A stretch of 32,000 nucleotides of DNA from NCBI GenBank assembly GCA_965250005.1, contig OZ252279.1, forward strand, positions 720,001 to 752,000. The letters are read 5' to 3'. Below are positions 8,060 through 18,030 of the stretch, one piece after another. The position numbers and the translations under genes are program-made. The notes under the pieces were generated by a model. That model was not told the DNA's origin, searched no databases, and worked only from the letters and a program-made list of their open reading frames with translations. The DNA comes from Demequinaceae bacterium. Its GTDB lineage: Bacteria > Actinomycetota > Actinomycetes > Actinomycetales > Demequinaceae. Within the stretch, counting starts at the first letter, position 1. Each line of letters begins with the position of its first letter.

Positions 8060-8556
8060 GCGCCGACCGTCAGCACAACGCCGATGAGCGCAACGCCCGT
8101 CGCGACAATCGCTCCGCGGGTCCACAACTGAGGCGCCTCGACCTCTATGCCCAGCACGCTCATCGCGATGGCGCCATCCGCGGGCTTGTTCGGGTAGTAC
8201 CCAACGATCACGGCGGCGCCCTTCTTCGTGTTCCGCGCCAGCGCGTCCCACTGCTCGAGTGCGATGTCAACCCGGTTGACCGCGATTTCGGTGACGTGGC
8301 GTCCCTGATCGGATTCGTACGTCACCTCCACGTGGCGGACATCCACCGGCACATCGGCGCCGTCCGGGCCGGACTCTAACGCTGTCTCCGTCGCGCCCTT
8401 GACCACAACACCTGGCACCTCGATCATCGCTTTGCGGCTCGCGCGCCACATCATCCAGTGGCCAAGCGGCCCCCGAAACAGATAGACGAAAGCGCCAAAG
8501 ATGAGCGCAAGCCCCAGGAAAAACGCGCCTCCAAAGAAGGCTCCGAAAAAGTCCAC
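8056..8556 (-). CDS. Membrane protein with N-terminal and C-terminal hydrophobic segments (DUF3592-like)
   Basis: 166-aa ORF just downstream of dnaG; N-terminal hydrophobic stretch MDFFGAFFGGAFFLGLALIFGAFVYLF and YESDQGRHVTEIAV...KGAAVIVGYYPNKPADG. Confidence 0.65.
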   Translation of the reverse strand: MDFFGAFFGGAFFLGLALIFGAFVYLFRGPLGHWMMWRASRKAMIEVPGVVVKGATETALESGPDGADVPVDVRHVEVTYESDQGRHVTEIAVNRVDIALEQWDALARNTKKGAAVIVGYYPNKPADGAIAMSVLGIEVEAPQLWTRGAIVATGVALIGVVLTVGA

Positions 8557-8558
8557 GA

Positions 8559-10502
8559 CTAATCCTCTCGCAATGCTCGACGCTCGCCCTCAAACGCGAT
8601 GAGTTCCGCGAAGGCGTCCTGGTAGCCCTCGCCGCCTTCGCCGATGCGCTGCATGCGCCCGCGAACGTCGGCGATCTGACGCGTGAGGCTCAGATCCCAC
8701 ACGCGCCCGAGCACGCTAGTCGCGTACGTCGCAACCTCTGCGGGCTTGTGATGCGGCAGCGGCGAGACAGCGAGCTGGGAAACCACGCCGGCAAGCGTCT
8801 CGCCCACTTCCTCGACCACGCGGTTAGTCCAGTCGCTACCCGCGCCGGCGATACCGCCCGCCGCGAGCACGCCCTCAAACACGGCGCGGTACTGCGGAAC
8901 AGTGAAGGTGTCGGCCGACAGTTTTGCGATCAGCTCGGCGGTAATCTCCGCGGGGATCTGAAGGATCACCTCGAGAGCGAGGCGCTCGGCACGCACCACG
9001 GGGTCGCGCGAATCGGGGCCAGCCGTGGCGGCTCCGGCGTCGGCTTCGGGGTCCGCTCCGGGATCCGGGGGCGGGTACTCGCCGCCCTGCGGAGGCGCGG
9101 ATGATCCGCTGCGGGAAGCGGAGGACGGGCGCTGCTGCTGCGTCGCGGGGCGCGAGCGGGCGGCACTGCCCACGGCCCGGCGCACCTCCTCGTGATCCAT
9201 GCCGAGCCAGCCCGCGAGCAGCCGAGCGTACTCGGGCTGCAACGCGCGGTCCTTGATCCCGGCGACAACGGGGGCGGCGGCACGCAACGCGGCGACTCGA
9301 CCCTCGGCGCTCTCAAGGTTGTTGCCCGCCAGCGCCGCCTTGATCACAAACTCGAACAACGGCACGCGCGACGCGACCAGCGCCGCTACGGCCTTGTCGC
9401 CCTGCTCCTGGCGCAGGTCGCACGGGTCGAGCCCGTCAGGCGCGACAGCGACGAATGTTTGCGACAGGAACTGCGACTCAAGCTGGAAAGTCTTGAGCGC
9501 GGCATTCTGTCCCGCCTCGTCGCCGTCGAAAGTGAAGATGACCTCGCCGCTGCCTACGCCAACCTTTTGCGGCGCGCCAGAGGCACCGCCCATGAGCCGT
9601 CGGATCACCTTTGCGTGGTCCTCGCCGAAGGCCGTGCCGCATGTGGCGACGGCGGTGTCGACGCCCGCAAGGTGGCAGGCCATCACATCGGTGTAGCCCT
9701 CGACCACCACCACCTGCCGTTTCCCAGCGATCTTCTTCTTGGCCAGGTCCAGGCCGTAGAGCACCTGTGATTTCTTGTAGATCGCCGTTTCGGGGGTGTT
9801 GAGGTACTTGGGCCCCTCGTCGTCCTCGTAAAGCTTGCGCGCGCCAAACCCGATCACCTCGCCCGTCACGGCGCGAATGGGCCACACTAGGCGGCCGCGA
9901 AAGCGATCGTAGATGCCTCGCTGGCCCTCAGAGACCAGCCCGGACGCCTTAAACTCCGGCTCCGTGAATCCCTTGGCACGCAGGTGTTCGAGCATATTCG
10001 ACCAGCCCTTGGGCGCGTATCCCACTCCGAACGTCTCTGCGGCTTCCTTGCCGAACCCGCGCCCCTGTAGAAAATCTCGGCCCGCCTTAGCCTCGGGTGT
10101 CTCGAGCTGGGCCACGAAGTACTCGGCTGCCACCCGGTGGGCCTCCAGAAGGCGCTTGCGCATCCCGGGCTCGCCACCAGAGGAGCGCTGCCCGCCCGCC
10201 TCGTAGCGCAGCGTCACGCCCGCGCGGTCGGCGAGGTACTCGACAGCCTCGGCGAACGGCAGCCCGTCCGCTTTCATTACGAATGCGATGACGTCCCCAC
10301 CCTCTCCGCAACCGAAGCAGTGCCAGTGGCCCTGCCCTGGACGCACGTGGAACGAGGGCGTCCGTTCGTCGTGGAAGGGACACAGGCCCTTAAGCGAGCC
10401 CACCCCGCCGCTCTTCAGGGCTACGTGCGCGCCGATGATCTCTTCGATTGGGGCGCGCTCACGGACCGACGCAATGTCGTCGCGATTGATGCTCCCAGCC
10501 AC
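8559..10502 (-). CDS. dnaG: DNA primase
   Basis: Zinc-binding CPFHDERTPSFHVRPGQGHWHCFGCGEGGDVIAFVM; TOPRIM VVVVEGYTDVMACHLAG and FTFDGDEAGQNAA; 647 aa. Confidence 0.97.
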   Translation of the reverse strand: MAGSINRDDIASVRERAPIEEIIGAHVALKSGGVGSLKGLCPFHDERTPSFHVRPGQGHWHCFGCGEGGDVIAFVMKADGLPFAEAVEYLADRAGVTLRYEAGGQRSSGGEPGMRKRLLEAHRVAAEYFVAQLETPEAKAGRDFLQGRGFGKEAAETFGVGYAPKGWSNMLEHLRAKGFTEPEFKASGLVSEGQRGIYDRFRGRLVWPIRAVTGEVIGFGARKLYEDDEGPKYLNTPETAIYKKSQVLYGLDLAKKKIAGKRQVVVVEGYTDVMACHLAGVDTAVATCGTAFGEDHAKVIRRLMGGASGAPQKVGVGSGEVIFTFDGDEAGQNAALKTFQLESQFLSQTFVAVAPDGLDPCDLRQEQGDKAVAALVASRVPLFEFVIKAALAGNNLESAEGRVAALRAAAPVVAGIKDRALQPEYARLLAGWLGMDHEEVRRAVGSAARSRPATQQQRPSSASRSGSSAPPQGGEYPPPDPGADPEADAGAATAGPDSRDPVVRAERLALEVILQIPAEITAELIAKLSADTFTVPQYRAVFEGVLAAGGIAGAGSDWTNRVVEEVGETLAGVVSQLAVSPLPHHKPAEVATYATSVLGRVWDLSLTRQIADVRGRMQRIGEGGEGYQDAFAELIAFEGERRALRED

Positions 10503-10628
10503 GTGCCCAGCCTATTCCGTATTGGCCAGCCCTCCGCGTCGTGCAATTGCCGTGCGCCCAGAGCGAAAACTGTCCTGGACTCGGCGTCCGCCGCCAGTAG
10601 GCTGGGGCCCACAGGGAAAGGGCAGGCG

Positions 10629-11081
10629 ATGCGAGTCGATGCGTTCTTGGCGGATTCCGCCGAGGTGATTAACAACAAGATCTATGCGCTGGGTGGGGGC
10701 TGGAACACCATCTACGTGCGGGCGTTCCCCGCCATGCACCGGCGGCTTGCGGTAGCTGCGACGGTCCATGTGCCGTTTACAGCGACCAACAGTGCGCACA
10801 AGTTGGACTTGCGCCTGGTCACGGAGGACGGCGCCGACCACGCGATCGGGCTGCGCCCAGACGACGAGGGCAAACCCGTCGCCGTGCACGCCTTAGGCGG
10901 AGAGTTCACCTTGGGCCGGCCACCAAACCTTGTTGACGGCGACGAGCAAATGGCGTGCTTCGGCTTCACGATCGACGGCATGCGCTTCACCGAAGCCGGC
11001 ATGTTCACGTGGACCATCTCGATCGACGGCGACGAAGTCGCGCGGCTGCCGATGCGTGTCCAGCCGGCCAAGCCACAGTAG
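10629..11081 (+). CDS. Conserved hypothetical protein
   Basis: Starts MRVDAFLADSAEVINNKIYALGGGWNTIYVRAFPA; in-frame ATG within the longer track ORF 10137-11081, whose upstream part overlaps dnaG. Confidence 0.7.
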   Translation: MRVDAFLADSAEVINNKIYALGGGWNTIYVRAFPAMHRRLAVAATVHVPFTATNSAHKLDLRLVTEDGADHAIGLRPDDEGKPVAVHALGGEFTLGRPPNLVDGDEQMACFGFTIDGMRFTEAGMFTWTISIDGDEVARLPMRVQPAKPQ

Positions 11082-11089
11082 GGCCAGAC

Positions 11090-11524
11090 GTGGAGTGGTT
11101 CAGCGAGGGCTTCGTCGTTGGTGCGTACGTGACATATGGCTTCCTCTTTCTATTCGGCGTGGCCGCGCTAATCGCGCCCAGCCCGCGACTGCACATGACT
11201 CTGCTGCGCGTCACCACCGCTGTGTGGATCATGGTTCTGCTCCAAACCATCAGCGGGTTCATCGTGCTGATCTGGGGTCAGGGTCCGTTCAGCTGGATCA
11301 CCGGGACCGGATACCTCGTCGCAGCGATCGTGATGTTGCCGCTGCTGGGGATCGGCAGGCTCGGCGAGCCCGCTGCTCCGGGCGTCGACCGCAACCCCGA
11401 TGCGCCCGTACTCAGCCCGCGCCAGATCGCCAAGGTTGATGGGATAGCGGCGATGGTGATCGGCGCCGGACTCATCGTGATCGCGTGGCGCCTCGGCGAT
11501 GTGCTCGCGCCGGTCGTCGGGTAG
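11090..11524 (+). CDS. Integral membrane protein, hypothetical
   Basis: GTG start MEWFSEGFVVGAYVTYGFLFLFGVAALIA; several hydrophobic segments. Confidence 0.65.
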   Translation: MEWFSEGFVVGAYVTYGFLFLFGVAALIAPSPRLHMTLLRVTTAVWIMVLLQTISGFIVLIWGQGPFSWITGTGYLVAAIVMLPLLGIGRLGEPAAPGVDRNPDAPVLSPRQIAKVDGIAAMVIGAGLIVIAWRLGDVLAPVVG

Positions 11525-11530
11525 CACCGT

Positions 11531-11923
11531 ATGAATGCACTCGCCCGCGTCGGCCTCATGCTCGCCTACGCCGTGCTCTTTCTCGCGGCCGCTGGTCGCT
11601 CCGGCGTGCAGCTCTCGACCAAGGCGGCCGACGCGCCGCTCCCCTACGCGCTCAGCGCTGCCGCCGCGGTGCTATACGGGGTCATCGCGTTTGCGCTGTG
11701 GCGCGGAGGCGAACGGTGGAGGCGGGTCGCGCTCATCGGAACGTCGATCGAGCTCGCGGGGGTCCTCGCCGTAGGCACGTGGGGCATCCTCGAACCTGAC
11801 GCTTGGCCGGACGAAACCGTGTGGACGGGGTTCGGCTCCGGCTACGTGTGGGTGCCGCTCCTGCTACCGATCGCGGCGTTCTGGGCGCTACTGCGCGCGC
11901 GGCGAGCCCGTCCCCAAGGCTAA
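11531..11923 (+). CDS. Integral membrane protein, hypothetical
   Basis: 130 aa, hydrophobic segments, directly follows the previous ORF. Confidence 0.65.
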   Translation: MNALARVGLMLAYAVLFLAAAGRSGVQLSTKAADAPLPYALSAAAAVLYGVIAFALWRGGERWRRVALIGTSIELAGVLAVGTWGILEPDAWPDETVWTGFGSGYVWVPLLLPIAAFWALLRARRARPQG

Positions 11924-11942
11924 GAGCTTCCCTCCTCGGGGC

Positions 11943-13208
11943 CTAGTTGCTGGGCCCGCAGTACTTGTGATGCCAGTCGTGCGCGGACTTGTCCGTGAGC
12001 GACGCGACCTGGTCCACGGCGACGCGCAGACGGCCGGCGTCGTCCGACGCGGCTCTCCACGCCTCAGCAAAGTGAGTGTCGAGCGCCTCCTCGCCGCGGT
12101 CAATGATCGCGGGAACCAGCGCCGCGAGCCGCTCGCGCTGCTGCCGGTAGACGGGCGACTTCTCGCGTGGCGCCATCAAAAAGTGAACTGCGATTCCTTT
12201 GAGCACCAGGATCTCAGCGGCAGTGTCGGCGGGAATCACCAGTGAGGCGTGATGCCGCGTGAGCGGCCCGTCGCCGTGCTCTTCGCGGGTCGCATCAATG
12301 ACAGCCCCGCAAAAGCGCCCGATCAGTTGGCTCGTGAGGTCCTTGAGGCCCGCGAGCGCGCGATGGGATCCGTCGTACTCATCCATCCATGACGACTCGG
12401 ACCGCAACCGCTCGAGCGCCTCGAGCAGCTCGGCCTCGTCCCCCCGGCCGTACCATTCGCGTGCGTGCGCGGCGATTTCTCGCCCTTGGCCGGCGTCGCG
12501 GAGAACGCTCAGCGAAACGTGCCGGTGCACCACGGAATCCTCAACGTCGTGCACAGAGTAGCTAATGTCGTCGGCAAGGTCCATCACTTGCGCTTCAAAC
12601 GCGACGGATTTCTCCGCCGTGCCCCCTCGGAGCCACGCGAACACGGGCAGGTCGTCGTCATAGACTCCGAACTTTCGCGTCGCGCGCCCGTCAGGCCTGC
12701 TGGGCGCGTCCGGTTCTCCCCACGGATACTTGAGGCTCGCGTCCAGGACAGCACGCGTCAGGTTAAGGCCGACGCTCTCCCCCGTGTCAGGATTGACGGA
12801 TTTGGGCTCAAGACGAGTCAGCAGGCGCAGCGTCTGGGCGTTGCCCTCGAAGCCGCCAATGGCCTTGGCGACCTCGTCGAGCGCGATCTCACCGTTGTGC
12901 CCGAAGGGTGGGTGGCCTAGGTCGTGAGCGAGGCACGCGGCGTCCACCACGTCCGGGTCGGCGCCTAGGGTCTTGCCCAGCCCGCGTCCCACCTGCGCCA
13001 CCTCAAGCGTGTGCGTGAGGCGGGTGCGGACAAAGTCGCCGGTGCCGGCGCCAAGCACTTGCGTCTTGGCGCCCAATCTTCGCAGCGCGCTCGAGTGGAC
13101 GATCCGAGCCTGGTCCCGCTCGAATGGAGTTCGATTGGCGCGCTTGGGCGGTTCGGGGACCCAGCGCTCAACATCTGCTTCGGTGTATCCGGGGGGCGCT
13201 GTGGTCAC
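11943..13208 (-). CDS. dgt: Deoxyguanosinetriphosphate triphosphohydrolase-like protein (HD domain)
   Basis: RTPFERDQARIVHSSALRRLGAKTQV...TRLTHTLEVAQVGRGL...AACLAHDLGHPPFGHNGE. Confidence 0.93.
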   Translation of the reverse strand: MTTAPPGYTEADVERWVPEPPKRANRTPFERDQARIVHSSALRRLGAKTQVLGAGTGDFVRTRLTHTLEVAQVGRGLGKTLGADPDVVDAACLAHDLGHPPFGHNGEIALDEVAKAIGGFEGNAQTLRLLTRLEPKSVNPDTGESVGLNLTRAVLDASLKYPWGEPDAPSRPDGRATRKFGVYDDDLPVFAWLRGGTAEKSVAFEAQVMDLADDISYSVHDVEDSVVHRHVSLSVLRDAGQGREIAAHAREWYGRGDEAELLEALERLRSESSWMDEYDGSHRALAGLKDLTSQLIGRFCGAVIDATREEHGDGPLTRHHASLVIPADTAAEILVLKGIAVHFLMAPREKSPVYRQQRERLAALVPAIIDRGEEALDTHFAEAWRAASDDAGRLRVAVDQVASLTDKSAHDWHHKYCGPSN

Positions 13209-13240
13209 AGTCCGATGCTATCGGCCTGGGAGCACCCGCC

Positions 13241-13642
13241 CTAGTTGCCGGCTTCGGTCGGGCGCGGTGGCGCCACCTCGACCGTGGCGGTCTCGAGCGA
13301 CCAACTCAGGTATCCCTCGACGTCGCCGACGATCTCAGAATGCTTGCCCTGATACTCGGCCTGGGCGAGCACGGCAGTGAACAGTTGCGCCGTAGGCAAC
13401 ACGTCCTCGTCCCCGCCGAGAGCGCTGAGCTGCTGCGCGATCACGTGCCCGACCTCGTTCATGGCGGCCACGTTGGCGAATGCCTGGTCCGGGTCCGCAA
13501 GCTGATCGGGCGCCATGTACATACTGCGCGTGGCAAGCGTGTGCGCGTGCATCAGCGCAATGAGGAAGCGCGCGGGATCCTTCTCATAGGCCGCCAGGAT
13601 CGCGGTCATGTCGATTTCGCGTACGTCAGGTTCGTTGGCCAT
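13241..13642 (-). CDS. Hypothetical protein
   Basis: 133-aa ORF MANEPDVREIDMTAILAAYEKDPARFLIALMHAH...; codon usage and context consistent. Confidence 0.6.
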   Translation of the reverse strand: MANEPDVREIDMTAILAAYEKDPARFLIALMHAHTLATRSMYMAPDQLADPDQAFANVAAMNEVGHVIAQQLSALGGDEDVLPTAQLFTAVLAQAEYQGKHSEIVGDVEGYLSWSLETATVEVAPPRPTEAGN

Positions 13643-13666
13643 CGCGGTTCCTCTTTCGCTTCGGCT

Positions 13667-14365
13667 TCAGCCTAGCTTCACTAGCGCATCGCGGTCGGTG
13701 ACGCTGATCGATCGATACTCGAGCGTGACCAGTCCGTCGTCTTCAAGACCGCGCAGGATCTTGTTGACCGATGGCCTGCGGGCGCCAAGCATTGCGGCGA
13801 CCGTACTCTGGGTGAGTTGCACGGGTCCGTCGGCGCTCTCGTCCAGCAGCAGGCGTGCCACCTGCTTGGTGAGGCTCTGCCCCAGCAGTCCGCGCACGCG
13901 GTTCTGGCTGGTGGCGAGCCTCATGGCGATGGACGACATCCACTGACGTGCGAGGTTCGGGTTGCGCTGGATGAGTTTCTGGAAGGCTGCGTCGCTAAGA
14001 TACAGGTACTGAACGTCCGTGAGCGCGCGCGCCGTGTAGGGCATGGGCATGCCGAGCAGCAGCTGGATGTCGCCGTCCACGTCGCCGGCCCTGAGCACGT
14101 GAATGATTGCCCGGGCGCGACCCGCCCCCACCGACAGCGCGACCGTGCCTTCGCGCAGAATCCACACGCCGTCGAACGTCTCTCCCTCGCGGCAAATGAC
14201 ACCGTCGCGGTCGATGGTTCGCGGCTCGAGCACGTCGGCAAACGCCGCTACATCCTCGGGCCCGAGCGGCGCGCCCTCTCCCCTACCGACGCAACGTGCG
14301 ACCCAGGCTGCCTCGCGCATCGTCCCCGCGGAGCCATCTGTCATTTGCATCGCGGTCATATCCAT
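13667..14365 (-). CDS. Crp/Fnr-family transcriptional regulator
   Basis: cNMP-binding-like domain (DRDGVICREGETFDGVWILREGTVALSVG) plus C-terminal HTH (VQLTQSTVAAMLGARRPSVNKILRGLEDDGLVTLEYRSISVTD). Confidence 0.9.
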   Translation of the reverse strand: MDMTAMQMTDGSAGTMREAAWVARCVGRGEGAPLGPEDVAAFADVLEPRTIDRDGVICREGETFDGVWILREGTVALSVGAGRARAIIHVLRAGDVDGDIQLLLGMPMPYTARALTDVQYLYLSDAAFQKLIQRNPNLARQWMSSIAMRLATSQNRVRGLLGQSLTKQVARLLLDESADGPVQLTQSTVAAMLGARRPSVNKILRGLEDDGLVTLEYRSISVTDRDALVKLG

Positions 14366-14454
14366 ATGTCAATCATGTCATCTTGCTGACATTTGCGGAA
14401 CGGCGCACGGCAGGCGATGTTGCACTGGCTACACCTCTACAAAGGAGTTCAGCG

Positions 14455-14919
14455 ATGGATATAAAGACAATCAAGGCCGGCGCAATTGCCGGGGCGATCG
14501 GCGGCATGGTCATGGCCATGTTCGCGATGGTCGCACTGTGGCTTGCCGACGTGGGCTTCTGGGCTCCGCTCAACCTGATCGCGCACACGGCCTGGTCGGA
14601 CGCACCGCTCGACGGCGAGTTCAGCGGCGGAGCGGTCGCAATCGGCCTCGTCATCCACATGGCAATCTCCATGATGCTCGGTGCGGCAATCGCCGTGGTC
14701 CTATCCAAGATGGCGGCCCTTAACAGCAGCACCGTAGTTGCAGCCATCACCGGCATGGTCATCGGCCTGATCGCATGGGTTCTCGTCCAGTACGTCGCAT
14801 GGCCTGCCATCGACCAGGAGGCTGCGGACGCGTTCACGCCGTGGGTCTTCGGAGCCGCGCACGCCATGTTCGGTGTTGTCACCGGCGCGCTCGCTCACCG
14901 CAGCCTCGCCAAGTCCTAG
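14455..14919 (+). CDS. Small integral membrane protein (four hydrophobic segments)
   Basis: MDIKTIKAGAIAGAIGGMVMAMFAMVALWLADVGFW...; AAAGGAG Shine-Dalgarno upstream; divergent from the Crp/Fnr gene. Confidence 0.75.
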   Translation: MDIKTIKAGAIAGAIGGMVMAMFAMVALWLADVGFWAPLNLIAHTAWSDAPLDGEFSGGAVAIGLVIHMAISMMLGAAIAVVLSKMAALNSSTVVAAITGMVIGLIAWVLVQYVAWPAIDQEAADAFTPWVFGAAHAMFGVVTGALAHRSLAKS

Positions 14920-14939
14920 CCCGCACATAGGTTAGACAC

Positions 14940-15650
14940 ATGACCTCCGGTTCGCTTCCCGTTGTTAGTGCCAAGCAAATGCGGGAAGTGGACCGGATCA
15001 TGGTCGAAAATCTAGGCATCACGCTGCTCCAGATGATGGAGAACGCCGGACGCAACCTCGCAGACTTCGTCCAGCAGCGCCACCATCCAACCTCCGTGGT
15101 GGTGCTGGCTGGAGGCGGGGGCAACGGAGGCGGAGGCATGGTCGCCGCGCGACACCTGTCCAACCGAGGCGTCAACGTGACGGCGGTGTTGTCCAAGCCC
15201 GCCGACGCGCTAGTGGGCGCGGCCGCCACCCAACTCGGGATCCTGCAGGCCATGGAGGTCGCCGTCTCCACAGACTTCCCCGCGGACTATGCTCCCGCTG
15301 ACCACGTCGTCATCGACTCCCTCGTGGGCTACAGCCTGCGGGGTGCGCCTTCCGGCCGGACCGCCGAGCTCATCGCGTGGGCCAACGGCCAGAACTCCCC
15401 GGTCATCAGTCTCGACGTTCCCAGCGGCCTCGACTCCACGACGGGCGAGACGCCGGGCGCCGTCGTCACCGCGGAGGCGACCCTCACCATCGCCGCGCCC
15501 AAGACTGGGCTGCGCGACGCCTCGTCCGCGGGCGAAGTTTACCTGACGGACATCTCCGTTCCGACTGCTGTCTGGCGCCAACTCGGCTTCGACGTCGCCA
15601 CGCTATTCGTGGATGGCCCGCTGCGGAAGTGGGAGCTAGCCTCCAAGTGA
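14940..15650 (+). CDS. nnr: NAD(P)H-hydrate epimerase (YjeF N-terminal domain)
   Basis: MREVDRIMVENLGITLLQMMENAGRNLADFV...VVVLAGGGGNGGGGMVAARHLSNRG...DLDVPSGLDSTTG-type motif (SLDVPSGLDSTTGETPGAVVTAEATLTIAAPKTGL). Confidence 0.88.
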   Translation: MTSGSLPVVSAKQMREVDRIMVENLGITLLQMMENAGRNLADFVQQRHHPTSVVVLAGGGGNGGGGMVAARHLSNRGVNVTAVLSKPADALVGAAATQLGILQAMEVAVSTDFPADYAPADHVVIDSLVGYSLRGAPSGRTAELIAWANGQNSPVISLDVPSGLDSTTGETPGAVVTAEATLTIAAPKTGLRDASSAGEVYLTDISVPTAVWRQLGFDVATLFVDGPLRKWELASK

Positions 15651-15681
15651 ACCGTCTACGGTTTCTTGAATCGCCCCGGGT

Positions 15682-16449
15682 TTAGTGGAGGGCGGGTTCT
15701 CCCAGGAGCGGTTGCTCGTGGGGTGTGTTCTCACGGTAGTACAGGTCTTCCTTCTCGATTGGTGTGAGGTATCCAATCGAGGAGTGGAGGCGGTTGTCGT
15801 TGAACCAGTGGACCCACGACAGCGTCGCGAGTTCGAGCTCGTCGCTGTGATGGATCACGCTATCGATGTTCTCGCCGGCGCGGGAGCGGACCCATAACGC
15901 CATCTCGAGGGCGTCGAGTGGCAGTTCGGTGGGCATTCGGTTCGTGGTGCGCCAGCCGACGATTCGCCGGGAGAACACGTCGGTCACGAACGCAGTGGAC
16001 GCCATCCCAGACCAGGTCGGCACGTAGGTGAAGTCCACGACCCACAGCTCATTGGGACATTCGGCACGGAAGTTGCGCTTCACGTGATCCGGTGCTCGGT
16101 TTGCTGCCGGATCGGGACGGGTCGTGACGAACTGTTTGCCGCGACGCACCCCGCGAAGCCCCTGAGCCCGCATGAGACGCTCCACCGTGCAGCGGGCGGT
16201 CACGACACCGTCACGCTTGAGTAGGCGCCACACCTTTCGCGCACCCGAGATCCCGCGACCCTTCGTGCGGTCCCAGAAGACCCGCTCAATGTGTTCGCGC
16301 AACTCTTGATCACGCACCGTCCGCTGCGAGATGGCACGCGTTTTGAACGCGTAGTAAGTAGACGGGGCGATCTTGACTCCGTGCTCGGTGAGCACCCGGC
16401 AGATCGGCTCGACCCCGAAACGAACACGATGCTCGTCGATGAAGTTCAC
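15682..16449 (-). pseudogene. IS3-family transposase OrfB (rve integrase) with internal deletion
   Basis: ISQRTVRDQELREHIERVFWDRTKGRGISGARKVWRLL..., NELWVVDFTYVPTWSG...; IHHSD is fused directly to ELELATLSWVHWFNDNRLHSSIGYLTP, so the usual intervening segment is absent. Confidence 0.88.
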
Positions 16450-16784
16450 TAAAACGGAAGTCGCGGGTCGAGCTCCCGCGCGAAGAAACTTGACGCCGCC
16501 AACAAAATATCGTTGGCACGCTTCAACTCACGATTCTCACGCTCGAGATCTTTGATACGGGCCGCGCCGACCGTGGCGATGCCCCTGACCTCGCCGGCGT
16601 CAATGCGCGCCTGTTTCACCCACCCACGCAACCTGTCCGGAATCACCCCCGTGCGATGACCGATACGGATCACCGCCGCATTCAACGACAACGACACCTC
16701 CTGGCTCATCGCCTCACTTACGAACCGAATGGCCCGATCCCGCAACTCCTGCGGATACTTCCTCGGTGCTGGCATGACTCCCAT
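16449..16784 (-). CDS. IS3-family transposase OrfA
   Basis: MPAPRKYPQELRDRAIRFVSEA...RIKDLERENRELKRANDILLAASSFFARELD; HTH plus leucine-zipper-like region. Confidence 0.9.
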   Translation of the reverse strand: MGVMPAPRKYPQELRDRAIRFVSEAMSQEVSLSLNAAVIRIGHRTGVIPDRLRGWVKQARIDAGEVRGIATVGAARIKDLERENRELKRANDILLAASSFFARELDPRLPF

Positions 16785-16848
16785 CCTTTCGGGAAATCAG
16801 ACCCTCCACTAAACCCGAGGCGATTCAATGCGCTCCCCCAGGGTTGCG

Positions 16849-18030
16849 CTAGCCCCCGGAGACGCTGAGCTCGGCCTCAAGCAGCCGCTTCTGGATGTCT
16901 GGCGTGGTCTCCTGCGAATCGAGCCAGCCCTCGGGGACAGCGGGCCGCTTGGGACTGCCCTTCCGCCCGCGCTGACCCTCGGCGAGCTTTCCGGGGTACG
17001 GCGCGTCCATGTCCATGCCGTCCAGGATCTCTCGCAGTTCCGCCAGCGACGCGACCAGGCCAAGTCGCTTCCGCGTCTGACCACCCACCTCGTAGCCCTT
17101 GAAGTACCACGCCATGTGCTTGCGGATTTCCTGCATCGCCTTGAATTCGCGGTCGCCAAAGTGCGACGCTATCAACTCGCCGTGCCGGTAGACCACGTCT
17201 GCGACGGCGCGCAGGTTTGGGCGCACGCGCTCCGGACGGCCCTCAAACGCCGCCTGCAGGTCCGCGAACAGCCACGGTCGGCCCATGCATCCGCGGCCCA
17301 CCACCACTCCGTCGCAGCCGGTCTTCTCGATCATCGCGAGCGCGTCCTCAGCCACCCATATATCGCCGTTGCCCAGCACCGGGATGGTCTTGACGGCGTC
17401 CTTGAGCCGCGCGATCGCCTCCCAATCCGCCTTGCCCGAGTAGTACTGCGCCGCCGTGCGCGCGTGCAAAGCCACGGCCGCCACACCCTCGGACTCCGCC
17501 ATGGTCGCCGCGTCGATGTAGGTGAGGTGGTCGTCGTCGATGCCCTTGCGCATCTTCACAGTGACGGGGATGTCGAACTTGCTTGCCTCGCGCACAGCCG
17601 CCCTGACGATGTCGCGAAACAGGTCGCGCTTCCAGGGCAACACTGCTCCGCCGCCGCGTTTGGTGACCTTGGGGACGGGGCAGCCGAAGTTCATATCGAT
17701 GTGGTCGGCGCGGTCCTCCTCCACGAGGAGCTTGACCGCGGCGCCAATGGTGGCGGGGTCCACACCATAGACCTGGACCGAGCGCGGGGTCTCGTCCGGG
17801 TCGTGGTGGATGATCCGCATGGACTCGGGCGTGCGCTCCACGAGCGCGCGGGACGTCACCATCTCCGCCACGTAGAGCCCGCCGCCGTGCTCCCGGCACA
17901 AGCGCCGGAACGCCGCGTTAGTGATCCCCGCCATCGGCGCGAGGATCACCGGCGTCTCGACCACGATGGGGCCGATGTGCAAGGGCGGGAGCGCGGGAGC
18001 GCCCGCCGGGGTTGTGGGCATGGTGTCCAT
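16849..18030 (-). CDS. dusB: tRNA-dihydrouridine synthase
   Basis: VETPVILAPMAGITNAAFRRLCRE...DHIDMNFGCPVPKVTKRGGGAVLPW...VTVKMRKGI...GDGVVVGRGCMGRPWLF-like (GCDGVVVGRGCMGRPWLF). Confidence 0.93.
   Translation of the reverse strand: MDTMPTTPAGAPALPPLHIGPIVVETPVILAPMAGITNAAFRRLCREHGGGLYVAEMVTSRALVERTPESMRIIHHDPDETPRSVQVYGVDPATIGAAVKLLVEEDRADHIDMNFGCPVPKVTKRGGGAVLPWKRDLFRDIVRAAVREASKFDIPVTVKMRKGIDDDHLTYIDAATMAESEGVAAVALHARTAAQYYSGKADWEAIARLKDAVKTIPVLGNGDIWVAEDALAMIEKTGCDGVVVGRGCMGRPWLFADLQAAFEGRPERVRPNLRAVADVVYRHGELIASHFGDREFKAMQEIRKHMAWYFKGYEVGGQTRKRLGLVASLAELREILDGMDMDAPYPGKLAEGQRGRKGSPKRPAVPEGWLDSQETTPDIQKRLLEAELSVSGG

Larger units (their letters stand above)
15667..16827 (-). mobile_element. 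IS3-family insertion sequence, both terminal inverted repeats present, internally deleted
   Basis: 26-bp terminal inverted repeats with one mismatch: TGAATCGCCCCGGGTTTAGTGGAGGG (15667-15692) and the reverse complement of 16802-16827, TGAATCGCCTCGGGTTTAGTGGAGGG. OrfA and OrfB inside. No matching 3-bp flanking duplication (TCT versus ATG). Confidence 0.92.
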
